Source of the DNA: a virus
Direction: 5' to 3' (one strand)
Virus record (IMG/VR): IMGVR_UViG_2531839362_000002
Location: 93-64,092 of that record
Length of the DNA: 64,000 bases
The translations under genes and the position numbers were made by a program. A model generated the notes under the pieces. It was not told where the DNA came from, did no database searches, and worked only from the letters and a program-made list of their open reading frames with translations. Shown here piece by piece: positions 50,414 through 60,129 of this stretch (within the stretch, counting starts at the first letter, position 1; the number at the start of each line of letters is the position of its first letter).

Positions 50414-51737
50414 CTCGTACCCCTTCTTCTCTAGCGAAAATATTTTTTAATAAAGTAGATTCATTTACAATTGGAATGGCACCAAATTTCCCTTTTATGT
50501 ATTCGTTAGCAAAAGACATGTCCGAACTAGACCTGTTGAATGTCTCGTTAAAATCATATAAAGAATAAAATTCCGAGCTATTTTGTCGATCCTTTTCTAC
50601 AAACCAAATTTGATCAACTCTAAGTATTTCACTATTTAACAATGACAAATCATGCGTATTTAATATAAATTGTGAAGAACTATTATAAAATGGCGTATTA
50701 AATACTTTTAATAAAAATTTAGAAATTGCAACATGGAATGCATTATCAAATTCATCAATTAATAATGTTTTCCCGTTCTCAATTGCATCTAATAATATTA
50801 AAGATATAAGAATCATTTTATTAGTACCACGTGATTCATAAGAATCTGCATGTATATGGGCCTTATCTACTATATTAAGATCCGCATCATATGTATTATA
50901 AATAGTAAAAACATCCAATATTTCCATATAATCATCAGCATCTTTATCTGAATCTTCTTCAAGGATAGCCTCAACAAGCATTCTAACCTTATCAGGGATT
51001 TTATGTTTTCTTTTTCTAAGTTCTATATCGACTATGTTAAAATCAGCAACTTTTAAAAACATCAATAATTTTTCTTTCAATTCCTTATTTTCTAGTTTTT
51101 CATAAATATGCTGGTATCTACTAGTTTCAAAATCAGCACCAACTGTTACAAGACTTTCCTCAAACCATGATATTATATCCATCGCTAAAATATCATTAAA
51201 TTCGGATAGTATTGATAGATATGGGGTTGTATTTCTAGTTTTATCAATTAAATCATTTGTATTATTTGATAATTCATAAATATACATTTCCTCATCAAAA
51301 TCAAATTCTCTATCAAAAATAATTTCATCCGTATTTTTTCTTATTCTAACTAAAGACTCCTTTTGGATTAATTCATCGTTATATCTTAATGTATACTTAA
51401 ATAAAGAGCCTTCTAACAGTAACATAATTTCGAAAGTGGTAAAACTATTTTCATAGTCTTTTATCATTTTAAATGGCTCAAAGGGTAACTTACTATTTTT
51501 TCTACGCTTAAAATTTAATAGAATCCCCCTTAATGTTTGTGCCGCTTTAAATAAATTAGTTTTACCACTTCCATTCGCCCCAAAAATAATAGCTGATTTG
51601 AGTAAATTTACAGGATCAGTCATAAAAGTATTCGTCTTTTTTAGTTTTTTTAGATACGGAGCAGTTTGCATACTAAATGTAGCTTCCTGATGAATAGACC
51701 TAAAATTTTCAATAGTAAATTGTACTAACATATGCAT
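50397..51737 (-). CDS. rloA: RloA/AAA_21 ABC-type ATPase
   Basis: IFGANGSGKTN, ESRGT, LLIDEFD, NTHD, VDQIWFVEK, YIKGKFGAIP. Confidence 0.85.
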   Translation of the reverse strand: MHMLVQFTIENFRSIHQEATFSMQTAPYLKKLKKTNTFMTDPVNLLKSAIIFGANGSGKTNLFKAAQTLRGILLNFKRRKNSKLPFEPFKMIKDYENSFTTFEIMLLLEGSLFKYTLRYNDELIQKESLVRIRKNTDEIIFDREFDFDEEMYIYELSNNTNDLIDKTRNTTPYLSILSEFNDILAMDIISWFEESLVTVGADFETSRYQHIYEKLENKELKEKLLMFLKVADFNIVDIELRKRKHKIPDKVRMLVEAILEEDSDKDADDYMEILDVFTIYNTYDADLNIVDKAHIHADSYESRGTNKMILISLILLDAIENGKTLLIDEFDNAFHVAISKFLLKVFNTPFYNSSSQFILNTHDLSLLNSEILRVDQIWFVEKDRQNSSEFYSLYDFNETFNRSSSDMSFANEYIKGKFGAIPIVNESTLLKNIFAREEGVRDGVTD

Positions 51738-51832
51738 TACCTTCTTTAATTACGTTTTTTTGTAAATAACCTAACATTTAGCATCATTATAACTTATTTC
51801 CTTTCGTTTAAACATATTTTTTGGTAAATAAA

Positions 51833-51918
51833 TCATTTCCATTTAATAATTTCATTACATAAGATAATTAATTCATTTCCATTTAATAATTTCATTACAT
51901 AAGATAATTAATTCATTT
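51833..51918. repeat. Perfect 40-bp tandem duplication
   Basis: TCATTTCCATTTAATAATTTCATTACATAAGATAATTAAT at 51833 and 51873. Confidence 0.92.
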
Positions 51919-52073
51919 AAATTGTTTACTTCTTCATAATTACTAGAACCATACGTAGGATACTTTACATAGAGAAAGTCGTCTTCAATTTTCAACTCAA
52001 ACCCCTTACTTTGGGCTATTTTCATAACTTCAATTAAAAAAAGAACTTGACTAAAATTTAAATTCTCCATCAT
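51873..52073 (-). CDS. Hypothetical protein (66 aa)
   Basis: GGAGGGGA RBS. Confidence 0.55.
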   Translation of the reverse strand: MMENLNFSQVLFLIEVMKIAQSKGFELKIEDDFLYVKYPTYGSSNYEEVNNLNELIILCNEIIKWK

Positions 52074-52356
52074 TATCCCTCCCTAATTTAATAGTAATTA
52101 TACAAATAAAAAAAGGTAGTCGAATATTGATGGAAAAGTTACAATAAAATCCTCTATTATTCAACAATATTCCCAAACCTTTTTAAATTTATTTATTCTA
52201 AGACCACTTCAACAATTACCCCTTAGACGTTCTCCTCCTCATCAATCTAAATAAATCTTCGAGACATACAACTGTCCAGACTTACAGTCCCTTCATTCAC
52301 CTATAAATCTTTTTAACACATGTCCTCCCTCACTCTATCTAACACATCCATATTCT

Positions 52357-52731
52357 TTAATCTTCTACTTCAATTTCCAAGTTATATGCAAGTACAAACA
52401 ATGCCTTATTCCTCTTCCTATAATAATCCGGCTGTGACATATTCAGTATCCTACACATCTTTACCCAACTAGGCTTCTCTTTCCCTAGATAAGCTAATTC
52501 AATAAGTTGCTTATCCCACTCATCTAGCTTCTCTACACCTTTTCTTATTTCTTGAATATAGTTGATTCGTTCTAAAACTGTTTTACTCATGCCGATCACC
52601 TTACCATCTTGTACACGCTCTATATCTCTTTCATCTATACTTGATAAAAATAGGTGATACTTTTTCAAAGCTTGAAGCACATTCTTTTTCGTCTGCTCTT
52701 TGTTAAGAACAGGTAGGGCAATATCCAACAT
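52357..52731 (-). CDS. arpU: ArpU-family late/packaging-lysis transcriptional regulator
   Basis: EQTKKNVLQALKKY...LIELAYL...SQPDYYRKRNKALFVLA. Confidence 0.85.
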   Translation of the reverse strand: MLDIALPVLNKEQTKKNVLQALKKYHLFLSSIDERDIERVQDGKVIGMSKTVLERINYIQEIRKGVEKLDEWDKQLIELAYLGKEKPSWVKMCRILNMSQPDYYRKRNKALFVLAYNLEIEVED

Positions 52732-52735
52732 TCTC

Positions 52736-53023
52736 TCACTCCTTCACCATTTTCAAAAATGTATCCAACGGCATAACTACTAACCATGGTTTTCTATCAG
52801 CCTTAATTGCTAATGCATCTGGCTGTTCACGTTCATCCTCCAACCAGTTATATAACGTCTTGAATCCTTCTTTCCTAGCTTTCACTTCCCATTCAAGACC
52901 TAAACCCTTCACATCATTTGAGTACCCGTCCATTGCACCAGAGAGAGGTACACGGGCACCACCTATCAAATTAGCAAATTCTCTTTCACGTCTCATACCC
53001 TTATCTCGTTGACTTTTCCCCAT
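52736..53023 (-). CDS. Holliday-junction resolvase-like PD-(D/E)xK nuclease
   Basis: KGMRREREFA...D...WEVKARK. Confidence 0.7.
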   Translation of the reverse strand: MGKSQRDKGMRREREFANLIGGARVPLSGAMDGYSNDVKGLGLEWEVKARKEGFKTLYNWLEDEREQPDALAIKADRKPWLVVMPLDTFLKMVKE

Positions 53024-53113
53024 TTAACCCTCTCCTTTTCAGTGAAATAAAAAAGACACCAAACAAACGCTTTAGACGTTTATTTAGTGTCCTCCAGTTG
53101 GCTGGTAGAACTC

Positions 53114-54298
53114 TTAATTAATTTTTAAGTTAAGATCAGAAACAGTAAATTCTTTTGCTAAGTCATTATGATATTTTTCAAAGAACTCCTTTTCTATCCC
53201 TGTAAGGTTAGATAAAAATTCCACATCTACCTTAAGTGTATCTAAAAGTGTGCCCAATGATAAATAATTCCTATCAAATAATAACTGTAGAATACTTTTC
53301 ACTTTTCCAGGCTTCATAATTTTTATTTCATCATCAAGAGGTTCTCTAATCTTATAACCTTGCTTATTTAATTTGATGTTAAAGTATCTATACTTTTGAT
53401 AGTCCAATAAACCAAGTGAATGAGCTCTATAGGCAAGTGCTTGAATTGAAACAATCCATTTCTTTTTTAAATCAATATAAGAATCCGGTGCTGAATTCTT
53501 AGAAAGTAAATTAAAGTCTGCAGTAAACTCTTTTTCAGGTAACAAAAAAGCCCCAGCAAATAAATTCGCTTCTTGTTCATGCTCTCTATGCGCTTTATTG
53601 TCTAATGAAGAAAATTCAACTTTATAGTGTAATAATAAATGACCTAATTCGTGAGCTAAATCAAAATTTCTTCTAGCCGCAGACTTTTTCAAGTTTCCTA
53701 ACATAATAAAAGGTCGTCCATCCTCAGACCATAAACTGTAAGCATCTATTCTTTCACCAATTGCCTTTTCAAAAACAAACATTCCTTTTTTCTCAAGTAA
53801 AAATAATAAATTTATATTACTTTTATTACCTATCTCTAAAAACTCTCTAGCCATGCTAGCTACTCGCTCAATTTGCAATTTTCTATCCTCATTTGAACGA
53901 GTAAGATATTGAATTACTTTTTCCCTTAGAGCTACTATTTCATTTGGAGGATAGTGCAACTTTTTTTCAATAATACTTAAAAAGGAACTAAGAAACTCAA
54001 TTGTTTTAGCTTCACTTTGATTTTTTTGAGCACTATTCATAATTTCAGCTCTATATGCAATATGACATTGTTGAATATTCGATTTTCCATTTTCACCAAG
54101 AAAATCTTCAGAGTAAAAGTACTTGCTTTTCACCTTGAAAATCCTCTTCAATTCGTTAATAACTTCCAACTTAGGAGACATATACCCGTTCTCATACTGC
54201 CAAACGGCTTGTTCTGTAATTTCCAACATTTCGGAAAGTTGTTTCCTTGTATAACCATGGAGAATTCGAATGTTGGTCAAATTTGTACCAACAAACAT
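53114..54298 (-). CDS. XRE-HTH + ImmA/IrrE Zn-metallopeptidase antitoxin (Spr1629/RmrA-like)
   Basis: N-terminal HTH; RRNFDLAHELGHLLLH (HExxH); EQEANLFAGAFLLP. Confidence 0.85.
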   Translation of the reverse strand: MFVGTNLTNIRILHGYTRKQLSEMLEITEQAVWQYENGYMSPKLEVINELKRIFKVKSKYFYSEDFLGENGKSNIQQCHIAYRAEIMNSAQKNQSEAKTIEFLSSFLSIIEKKLHYPPNEIVALREKVIQYLTRSNEDRKLQIERVASMAREFLEIGNKSNINLLFLLEKKGMFVFEKAIGERIDAYSLWSEDGRPFIMLGNLKKSAARRNFDLAHELGHLLLHYKVEFSSLDNKAHREHEQEANLFAGAFLLPEKEFTADFNLLSKNSAPDSYIDLKKKWIVSIQALAYRAHSLGLLDYQKYRYFNIKLNKQGYKIREPLDDEIKIMKPGKVKSILQLLFDRNYLSLGTLLDTLKVDVEFLSNLTGIEKEFFEKYHNDLAKEFTVSDLNLKIN

Positions 54299-54323
54299 TG
54301 TACCTACCTCCTACAATATATTT

Positions 54324-55130
54324 CTAACTTTGACTATCATCATTATCTGTTTTCTCACGGTCCAGCTCGTCATCATGGAATATATCAAAATCAATAGCTG
54401 CAGGCGAATCATAGTTATAATCCATTTCATCACTTTCTAGAGCTGTTAGATCTACATCATCAAATTCCACTGAGCTATTGTTAATTAATTCCGTTAAATC
54501 CTCAACTAAATGGGCTTTCTCATCATTTGGATTCGGCATCCAAACAGATATTTTAGAAATCATAAATGCTTCATCAATTTCGTAAGTTACAATATAAAAT
54601 TTATCGTATTCTTCCTGTAACCTACTTACTTCTGTATCCTCTAATGATTTCATAGTATTATCATCAAATAGGGTTAAAAATTCAACCGAACCCTCTTCTT
54701 TAGGAAGGAGTGTAGGAGTTTCTGGAAAGTTAATTTTCCAGTTCACTCTGGATAACTTCTTTAAATAATTCTCATCATTTTTCTTACGCTTTTTATTTCC
54801 ATCAATCCCTTTACCACCTGGAAAATTCTCTTCATTAAAATACTTTGAATTTTTGATTATAAACATGCTTTTATCTTCAGAAGATGTAAATTGCAAATAG
54901 CCCCACGTATACCCAGCTCTAGCCTTTTTGTACTCAATCCCCACATTTGCGCACTCTCTAGCTGTCTGATCATCAATATGATTCCCTTTTACCCATGCAT
55001 ATGCATCACTAATCACCATCGTTCTTTGTTTTTCATTCCGTTCATGGATATAGCTTTTATATCCATTTAATATCCCATCAACAATTACTTGATTTACTTC
55101 TGAACTAAAAGTATATTCTTGCATCTCCAA
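54324..55130 (-). CDS. Putative toxin (Spr1630-like)
   Basis: AYAWVKGNHID, KARAGYTWGYLQF, FYIVTYEID; adjacent to the XRE-peptidase; acidic C-terminus. Confidence 0.6.
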   Translation of the reverse strand: MEMQEYTFSSEVNQVIVDGILNGYKSYIHERNEKQRTMVISDAYAWVKGNHIDDQTARECANVGIEYKKARAGYTWGYLQFTSSEDKSMFIIKNSKYFNEENFPGGKGIDGNKKRKKNDENYLKKLSRVNWKINFPETPTLLPKEEGSVEFLTLFDDNTMKSLEDTEVSRLQEEYDKFYIVTYEIDEAFMISKISVWMPNPNDEKAHLVEDLTELINNSSVEFDDVDLTALESDEMDYNYDSPAAIDFDIFHDDELDREKTDNDDSQS

Positions 55131-55223
55131 TCCCTCTTTCTTTATTTTTATATAAGCTCTTTAATTATATACTATTTATAAAAAAATTAAAGAAAGAGTG
55201 ATAAAATCCTCTTTTTTTTAAAG

Positions 55224-55424
55224 TTAAAATTCTTCTCCCTCTTCTTTCCTCATTCTTTTTACTTTTCCTTGATGTGTAATTATTTTATATTCACCATAGG
55301 GTGGTAGCTCCCTAAACTTTGCCTTCCCATCAGATATAACAACCACACAATTTTTAGGTATTTCCATAATATCTATTTCTAACTTCATGGTACTAGGATT
55401 GATTTCTATATCTTGCAGTTTCAA
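55224..55424 (-). CDS. XtrA/YqaO-like (DUF3954) phage protein
   Basis: ELPPYGEYKIITHQGKVKR motif. Confidence 0.65.
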   Translation of the reverse strand: MKLQDIEINPSTMKLEIDIMEIPKNCVVVISDGKAKFRELPPYGEYKIITHQGKVKRMRKEEGEEF

Positions 55425-55494
55425 AAAATAACCTCCTATTATCCCTTACTCTTATTTACGAGTTCTTCTTAATTTACTTCCTTTTAGAATTAAA

Positions 55495-56067
55495 TTAATA
55501 CCCATTATCCTGTCTCTCGAAATTTTCCGCATTCTTCTCCTTATACGAATCAATAACGTCCTCATAAGTAAATCCATACAAATAGCAAATACGAAAGAAG
55601 ATGCCAAACGCTCTTCTCAAATGCCCCATCGTTGTAGTTAAATCTCTGTACTGACACCATGCCCTTTTTGCAGTCAACACATCTTGCATATACCATTCGA
55701 ACAGCATATTTATATTACTTGTATCTTTCCTCATAATGGATTGCATACTAAACGAAGGAATAAGTTCATGTCTCCATGTACATTTATCTAATTCAATTAC
55801 AATGTTCATGAGAAAGTGGAGACCATCAATTAACTCTTCTAATAGTCCATTCTTAGGAACTCCAAATCCTGTGCTCCACATCTTAAACGCTCGAGTTTCA
55901 TTCCATGCCTCACTGATTTCCACTAGTAATGCACGAAACAACATATCCATTTTGTCATTTCCTTTATATCCAATTCGTTTATCCAGTTCTATTTGCATTT
56001 CAAATAGTTCCGTAATATCAAAGTTTTGTTTCTTCTCTTCAGATGTAATTGTGTGTAACTGAATCAT
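55495..56067 (-). CDS. dut: Dimeric dUTPase (dUTPase_2)
   Basis: ALLVEISEAWNETRAFKMWS, EELIDGLHF, KNAENFERQDNGY. Confidence 0.88.
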   Translation of the reverse strand: MIQLHTITSEEKKQNFDITELFEMQIELDKRIGYKGNDKMDMLFRALLVEISEAWNETRAFKMWSTGFGVPKNGLLEELIDGLHFLMNIVIELDKCTWRHELIPSFSMQSIMRKDTSNINMLFEWYMQDVLTAKRAWCQYRDLTTTMGHLRRAFGIFFRICYLYGFTYEDVIDSYKEKNAENFERQDNGY

Positions 56068-56165
56068 TATAAGTTCACTCCAAGTTTGTATTTTAGTAAG
56101 AATATAGTCACACTGATTAAAAGCCAGCTGACTAAAATGATTGCCATTTCCTTTTTAAAGCTCAC
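56067..56165 (-). CDS. 32-aa single-TM phage peptide
   Basis: GTG start overlapping the upstream stop: SFKKEMAIILVSWLLISVTIFLLKYKLGVNL. Confidence 0.5.
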   Translation of the reverse strand: MSFKKEMAIILVSWLLISVTIFLLKYKLGVNL

Positions 56166-56284
56166 TCTTCTTCCTCCAACAATTCCACTAACTCCTCAAA
56201 CGAGCATTCGAACAAATCTCGAAGCCCGTCCTTGGATTTATAAATACCTCTATCAATCAGTTGATCTATGATGTGTTGATGCAA
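56162..56284 (-). CDS. FbpA-like small acidic phage protein (40 aa)
   Basis: MHQHIIDQLIDRGIYKSKDGLRDLFECSFEELVELLEEEE. Confidence 0.55.
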   Translation of the reverse strand: MHQHIIDQLIDRGIYKSKDGLRDLFECSFEELVELLEEEE

Positions 56285-56286
56285 AA

Positions 56287-56916
56287 CTACCCCACCATGT
56301 CCTCGACACAAAATTGTAATTCCATACTTTTCACTGGAAAGTATTTTACTGGAGTATCTTTTTCATTAATTGCTACACAACCTAAAACACCCTCAAATTT
56401 ATTATCCTCAGTCTGAACAACTACTTTATATAGGACATCTTCTCGTTCACAAATGTCACCTAATTTAAACTCGTCCATTTTACGATCCTTCTTATAAAAC
56501 ATCATAAAGCGCTCAAATTCTTCTAACTCTTCATCCGTTGCCTTTCGGAATGCACGTCCCTGATATTTTTTAAAGGAGCATCCATCTTCATAGAAACGAT
56601 ACTCACCAACTTTTAATCCCATAATTAAGTAATATTTGTCCTTAGTCTCCTCTCTTAAGACCCCATACCATTTCCCATTTAAACTTTCCATTACAAACAT
56701 TTCACCGCACTCTAAATTCAATGGTTTTTCATAATCTACAAACTCGTTTTCAAAAAAGAAATTCATACCGATTGCAGATGGTACAATACGTTGACTACTA
56801 ATTCCTAAAACCTCATGTTTACCCTCTTTTAATGTGTGTGCAAAATAATCATTCTTTTCTTTAATCCAATTTGTTTTCATTCTTTCAATTGCTTCAAATC
56901 CTGTATATGTTTTCAT
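56287..56916 (-). CDS. Hypothetical phage protein (209 aa)
   Basis: Translationally coupled ORF in the early operon. Confidence 0.75.
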   Translation of the reverse strand: MKTYTGFEAIERMKTNWIKEKNDYFAHTLKEGKHEVLGISSQRIVPSAIGMNFFFENEFVDYEKPLNLECGEMFVMESLNGKWYGVLREETKDKYYLIMGLKVGEYRFYEDGCSFKKYQGRAFRKATDEELEEFERFMMFYKKDRKMDEFKLGDICEREDVLYKVVVQTEDNKFEGVLGCVAINEKDTPVKYFPVKSMELQFCVEDMVG

Positions 56917-57083
56917 TCTTTTTCCTTCCCTTTCTTTAGCATTTCTTCAATCCGTTTTCCCGTTGTATTTTTATAGTCCTCACATGACCATTCAGCGTTG
57001 TTTGTCGGAGATGGTGTAAATACCATCCCCCAACTACTAACGCTTGAAATATGGACATGAGGACGAATTACAGTAATGGTCAT
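56913..57083 (-). CDS. Hypothetical phage protein (56 aa)
   Basis: AGAGGAG RBS; MTITVIRPHVHISSVSSWG... Confidence 0.6.
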   Translation of the reverse strand: MTITVIRPHVHISSVSSWGMVFTPSPTNNAEWSCEDYKNTTGKRIEEMLKKGKEKE

Positions 57084-57100
57084 ATCCGTACGTCTCCTCT

Positions 57101-57982
57101 TTAAAAAGGTAACTTTCTTTTCCGCTTATCTCTTGTATACTTAAACTCAATATGTCTGTATGTGTTGAACATACGAGATGTAATGCGCTCATCGTAAGCT
57201 TTCATAACAGCTTCACCTGTTAGGTTTGTTGTAATGATCGTCTTCTTCCCTTGCCTTCCATCAAAGACTTTAAACAGGACACGATTCACGAATGCAGTTG
57301 CCTTTGGATCCGCCGCATCCATATCACCTAATTCCGCACCTAAATCATCAATAACTAATAAATCTGCACTAATTAGTAAACTAACAATGCTATGCTCAGA
57401 CTCCTCAGATTGCCCATTGAACATAGAACGTATATAGTCAAATAGTTCTGATATAGAAACATAAAGAACAGTTCCTGCGCTATTCTCATTCATTTCATGA
57501 GCAATTGAATAGGCAAGATGACTTTTACCTGCACCTACTTTTCCAACTAGAATTAAATTAAACCCCACATCATTCAAGTAATCCTCAAGTGCTCTTTTTG
57601 CTAAGGTGTAATTCTTTTCATCCTCTTCACAATCCGGTTTAAAAGTTGAGAATCTAGCAAGTTTAATTGTTTCATCTTTAATCAGACTCTTATCGTAAAA
57701 CATACTTTTACGTTTTCTCTGTTCCTTCTCATCCCGAAATACATTCATTTCAGCTTCTAACTTTTGATTGTCTTCTGCCAACTTACATACTGGGCAAACT
57801 ACTTCATCATTTATCTTCATGAATCTAACAGTACGTTTACGTTCTTTTTTACAAATCTCACATGTATCAGAAAGGAAGATCATCTTCTTCGAAAGGGTCT
57901 TTGCTATATCTGTTACCTTTACTAGAGCCACGTTTTCCTTCCACCTTTCCTTGTTGTAAATAGCCTTCAAACTTTGTACCAA
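57101..57982 (-). CDS. DnaC/IstB-like helicase loader
   Basis: GKVGAGKSHLA, LLVIDDLGAE, TIITTNL, RITSR; true start probably a few codons inside. Confidence 0.9.
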   Translation of the reverse strand: MVQSLKAIYNKERWKENVALVKVTDIAKTLSKKMIFLSDTCEICKKERKRTVRFMKINDEVVCPVCKLAEDNQKLEAEMNVFRDEKEQRKRKSMFYDKSLIKDETIKLARFSTFKPDCEEDEKNYTLAKRALEDYLNDVGFNLILVGKVGAGKSHLAYSIAHEMNENSAGTVLYVSISELFDYIRSMFNGQSEESEHSIVSLLISADLLVIDDLGAELGDMDAADPKATAFVNRVLFKVFDGRQGKKTIITTNLTGEAVMKAYDERITSRMFNTYRHIEFKYTRDKRKRKLPF

Positions 57983-58625
57983 ATAACGTTTCTGGTCTTA
58001 GATACTTTGCTTGTTCTGTTCTTAGCCATTCTCTAGCTTTTGTATCAATCACAGTTTTAAAGTTATCCACAGTAAATCCTTCTACTAATCTAGTTTTAAT
58101 CAATGTTTGTGTTTTCTTAGATGTTAAACGGTAACTACTACCACAAACGTCGTTGAGATAGTTTACTATCTCGACTATATATTCTTTAATCTCTGATGTA
58201 GTCTCTGTGTTAGTCTCTGGTATTGGTTTACCCAAATTGGGTACATCCATTTGCCCATTTTGGGTAGACCGTCTACCCAAGTTGGGTACATCGTTTGTGG
58301 ATTCTAACAAACGGAGTTTTTCATAATTAATGGAATACCATTTCGTCTTATCAAACTTAGCTCGATTATAATTACCTATAACAAGAAGCTGTTCATCTTC
58401 TAAATTCTTTACAATACGTCTAATGGTGTTCTCACTCCAAAACGGAAATTGTTTAACCCATTCTGCCACACTGTTATATACCCAGTTTCTTTCATCATAA
58501 AAATGCTTAGATCTATTTAACCAATAATGTATCTGTTGTAGAAATATCGCCTCATTTAAACCAATTCTGCTTGCCAGTCCTGGAAGAACAAGTAATGGTT
58601 CTTCATGAATTAATAAATTACTCAT
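57867..58625 (-). CDS. Phage replication initiator (with conserved phage C-terminal domain)
   Basis: LASRIGLNEAIFLQQIHYWL, FDKTKWYSINY, YLRPETLFGTKFEGYL. Confidence 0.88.
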   Translation of the reverse strand: MSNLLIHEEPLLVLPGLASRIGLNEAIFLQQIHYWLNRSKHFYDERNWVYNSVAEWVKQFPFWSENTIRRIVKNLEDEQLLVIGNYNRAKFDKTKWYSINYEKLRLLESTNDVPNLGRRSTQNGQMDVPNLGKPIPETNTETTSEIKEYIVEIVNYLNDVCGSSYRLTSKKTQTLIKTRLVEGFTVDNFKTVIDTKAREWLRTEQAKYLRPETLFGTKFEGYLQQGKVEGKRGSSKGNRYSKDPFEEDDLPF

Positions 58626-58903
58626 CTCTTCACCTTCCTCATAACAACTTCATAGTAGAATCCACGGTCACGATCCATCACCAAGCATCCCTTAAAAAGG
58701 TGGGGATTTTCATCATTTCTATGTTTAATTGTTTCTAACACCTTTCGAATAGGAAATAAACAATCAAATCCTTCATTCTCTAAACGACGACAGCGCTTAA
58801 GTAATTCAGATAACCTTTTATCACGCAAATATCGAGTTCCTAGATTTCTATTCAAAGCTAGTGGCATTGATCCATCTCTTACTACCGTTTTCATTTCAGT
58901 CAC
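58622..58903 (-). CDS. Hypothetical phage protein (93 aa)
   Basis: Coupled to the rep start. Confidence 0.7.
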   Translation of the reverse strand: MTEMKTVVRDGSMPLALNRNLGTRYLRDKRLSELLKRCRRLENEGFDCLFPIRKVLETIKHRNDENPHLFKGCLVMDRDRGFYYEVVMRKVKR

Positions 58904-58916
58904 CCACCTATTGTGC

Positions 58917-59543
58917 TTACTGTTGCTTTTCTTTCGCTTCGTTCTTTTCAGCTTTAGATAGTGCTCGTTCTATTGACCAACCTCTATACAGCCTTGTTCG
59001 AACAGTTGCATAAGGTATTCCTAGAATTTCACATGCCTTTGTTATCGGCAATTTTTCTCCATTTATTTCTACAAGACGATTGCTCCTTCTGTTTAACGCC
59101 TGTTCTTGAGGCGTAGCCCATCTACAATTCTCTTTGGAATACCCTAAATTGTTGTCAATTCTATCTATAGAAAGTGAATCAGAATAGCCATCTTTCATAT
59201 CCTCATAGAAGTTAAGGAATTCTTTCCATCTATTGCACACAGAGATGCCTCTACCACCGTATCTGTTATAATTAGAAGCATTTTCATCTGTACATCTTTG
59301 AACTATAGAGGCCCAAATGGTATAAATCCTTGTATATCTGAGATTGTGTTTTACTGAATTATATTTCCGAAGACATCCACAACTTCGGGTTTTTCTAAGG
59401 ATCAAACAACTTTTACAAACAACCTTTTCATTTCCACATTCACATCTACAAAGGATAGTTCTTGGTTTCGAATGTCCTCCCTTAAATTCTTTAATAGCGG
59501 TCAACTTTCCAAACTTTTTACCGACTACATTATTTTCTTTCAT
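58917..59543 (-). CDS. Free-standing HNH-type homing endonuclease-like protein
   Basis: GKKFGKLTAI, CRCECG, RYGGRGISVC, SIDRIDNNLGYSKENCRWAT. Confidence 0.8.
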   Translation of the reverse strand: MKENNVVGKKFGKLTAIKEFKGGHSKPRTILCRCECGNEKVVCKSCLILRKTRSCGCLRKYNSVKHNLRYTRIYTIWASIVQRCTDENASNYNRYGGRGISVCNRWKEFLNFYEDMKDGYSDSLSIDRIDNNLGYSKENCRWATPQEQALNRRSNRLVEINGEKLPITKACEILGIPYATVRTRLYRGWSIERALSKAEKNEAKEKQQ

Positions 59544-59576
59544 TGTTTTTGCCTCCTAACATATTTTTATAGCCTC

Positions 59577-59741
59577 CTAGAATGGCATACTGCCATACGG
59601 TTTATTAGTTAATATGGTAATCACATAATCTATATCTAACTTTCTACAAGTATCTGCTTCCTGTGCGGATATAAGTTTCAAGCTACTTACAGCCTTTTCA
59701 ACCTGCTTTTGTAGTAATTGATTTCCTATTGGCTCTTCCAC
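59577..59741 (-). CDS. Hypothetical phage protein (54 aa)
   Basis: GTG start, GGGGTG RBS: MEEPIGNQLLQKQVEKAV... Confidence 0.55.
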   Translation of the reverse strand: MEEPIGNQLLQKQVEKAVSSLKLISAQEADTCRKLDIDYVITILTNKPYGSMPF

Positions 59742-59811
59742 GTATTCACCCCATGTGATATACTGACTTCAGATTTGTTTTTAAATGGAACCCATTGCCG
59801 TGGGTTTCTTT

Positions 59812-60129
59812 TTATTTACATAAAACCTTTTGAATAACATCCTCTTTAATGCCAACCTCTCGCATACGCTCTACAACATGCTGAACTCTATCATTTTCTT
59901 TCTTTTTAAATATCAATTCCTTTAATTGCTTATCACACTCTTTGGCCTTTTCTCCACATACCTCATACTCTTTACAAGTCTCATAGAATTCTTTTGTTTT
60001 ACCCTCCACATTTTTCTTACTTGCAATACGAGTTAACAAAAATTGATTCTTTATGTAGTTCTCCTTCTTATTACGTAATGATTTCGCTAACTCAGCATCC
60101 TCGGGTAGCACCAAATTTTCAATCCCCAC
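59812..60129 (-). CDS. Hypothetical coiled-coil phage protein
   Basis: ORF-track 115 aa; likely GTG start at 60129. Confidence 0.7.
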   Translation of the reverse strand: MGIENLVLPEDAELAKSLRNKKENYIKNQFLLTRIASKKNVEGKTKEFYETCKEYEVCGEKAKECDKQLKELIFKKKENDRVQHVVERMREVGIKEDVIQKVLCK

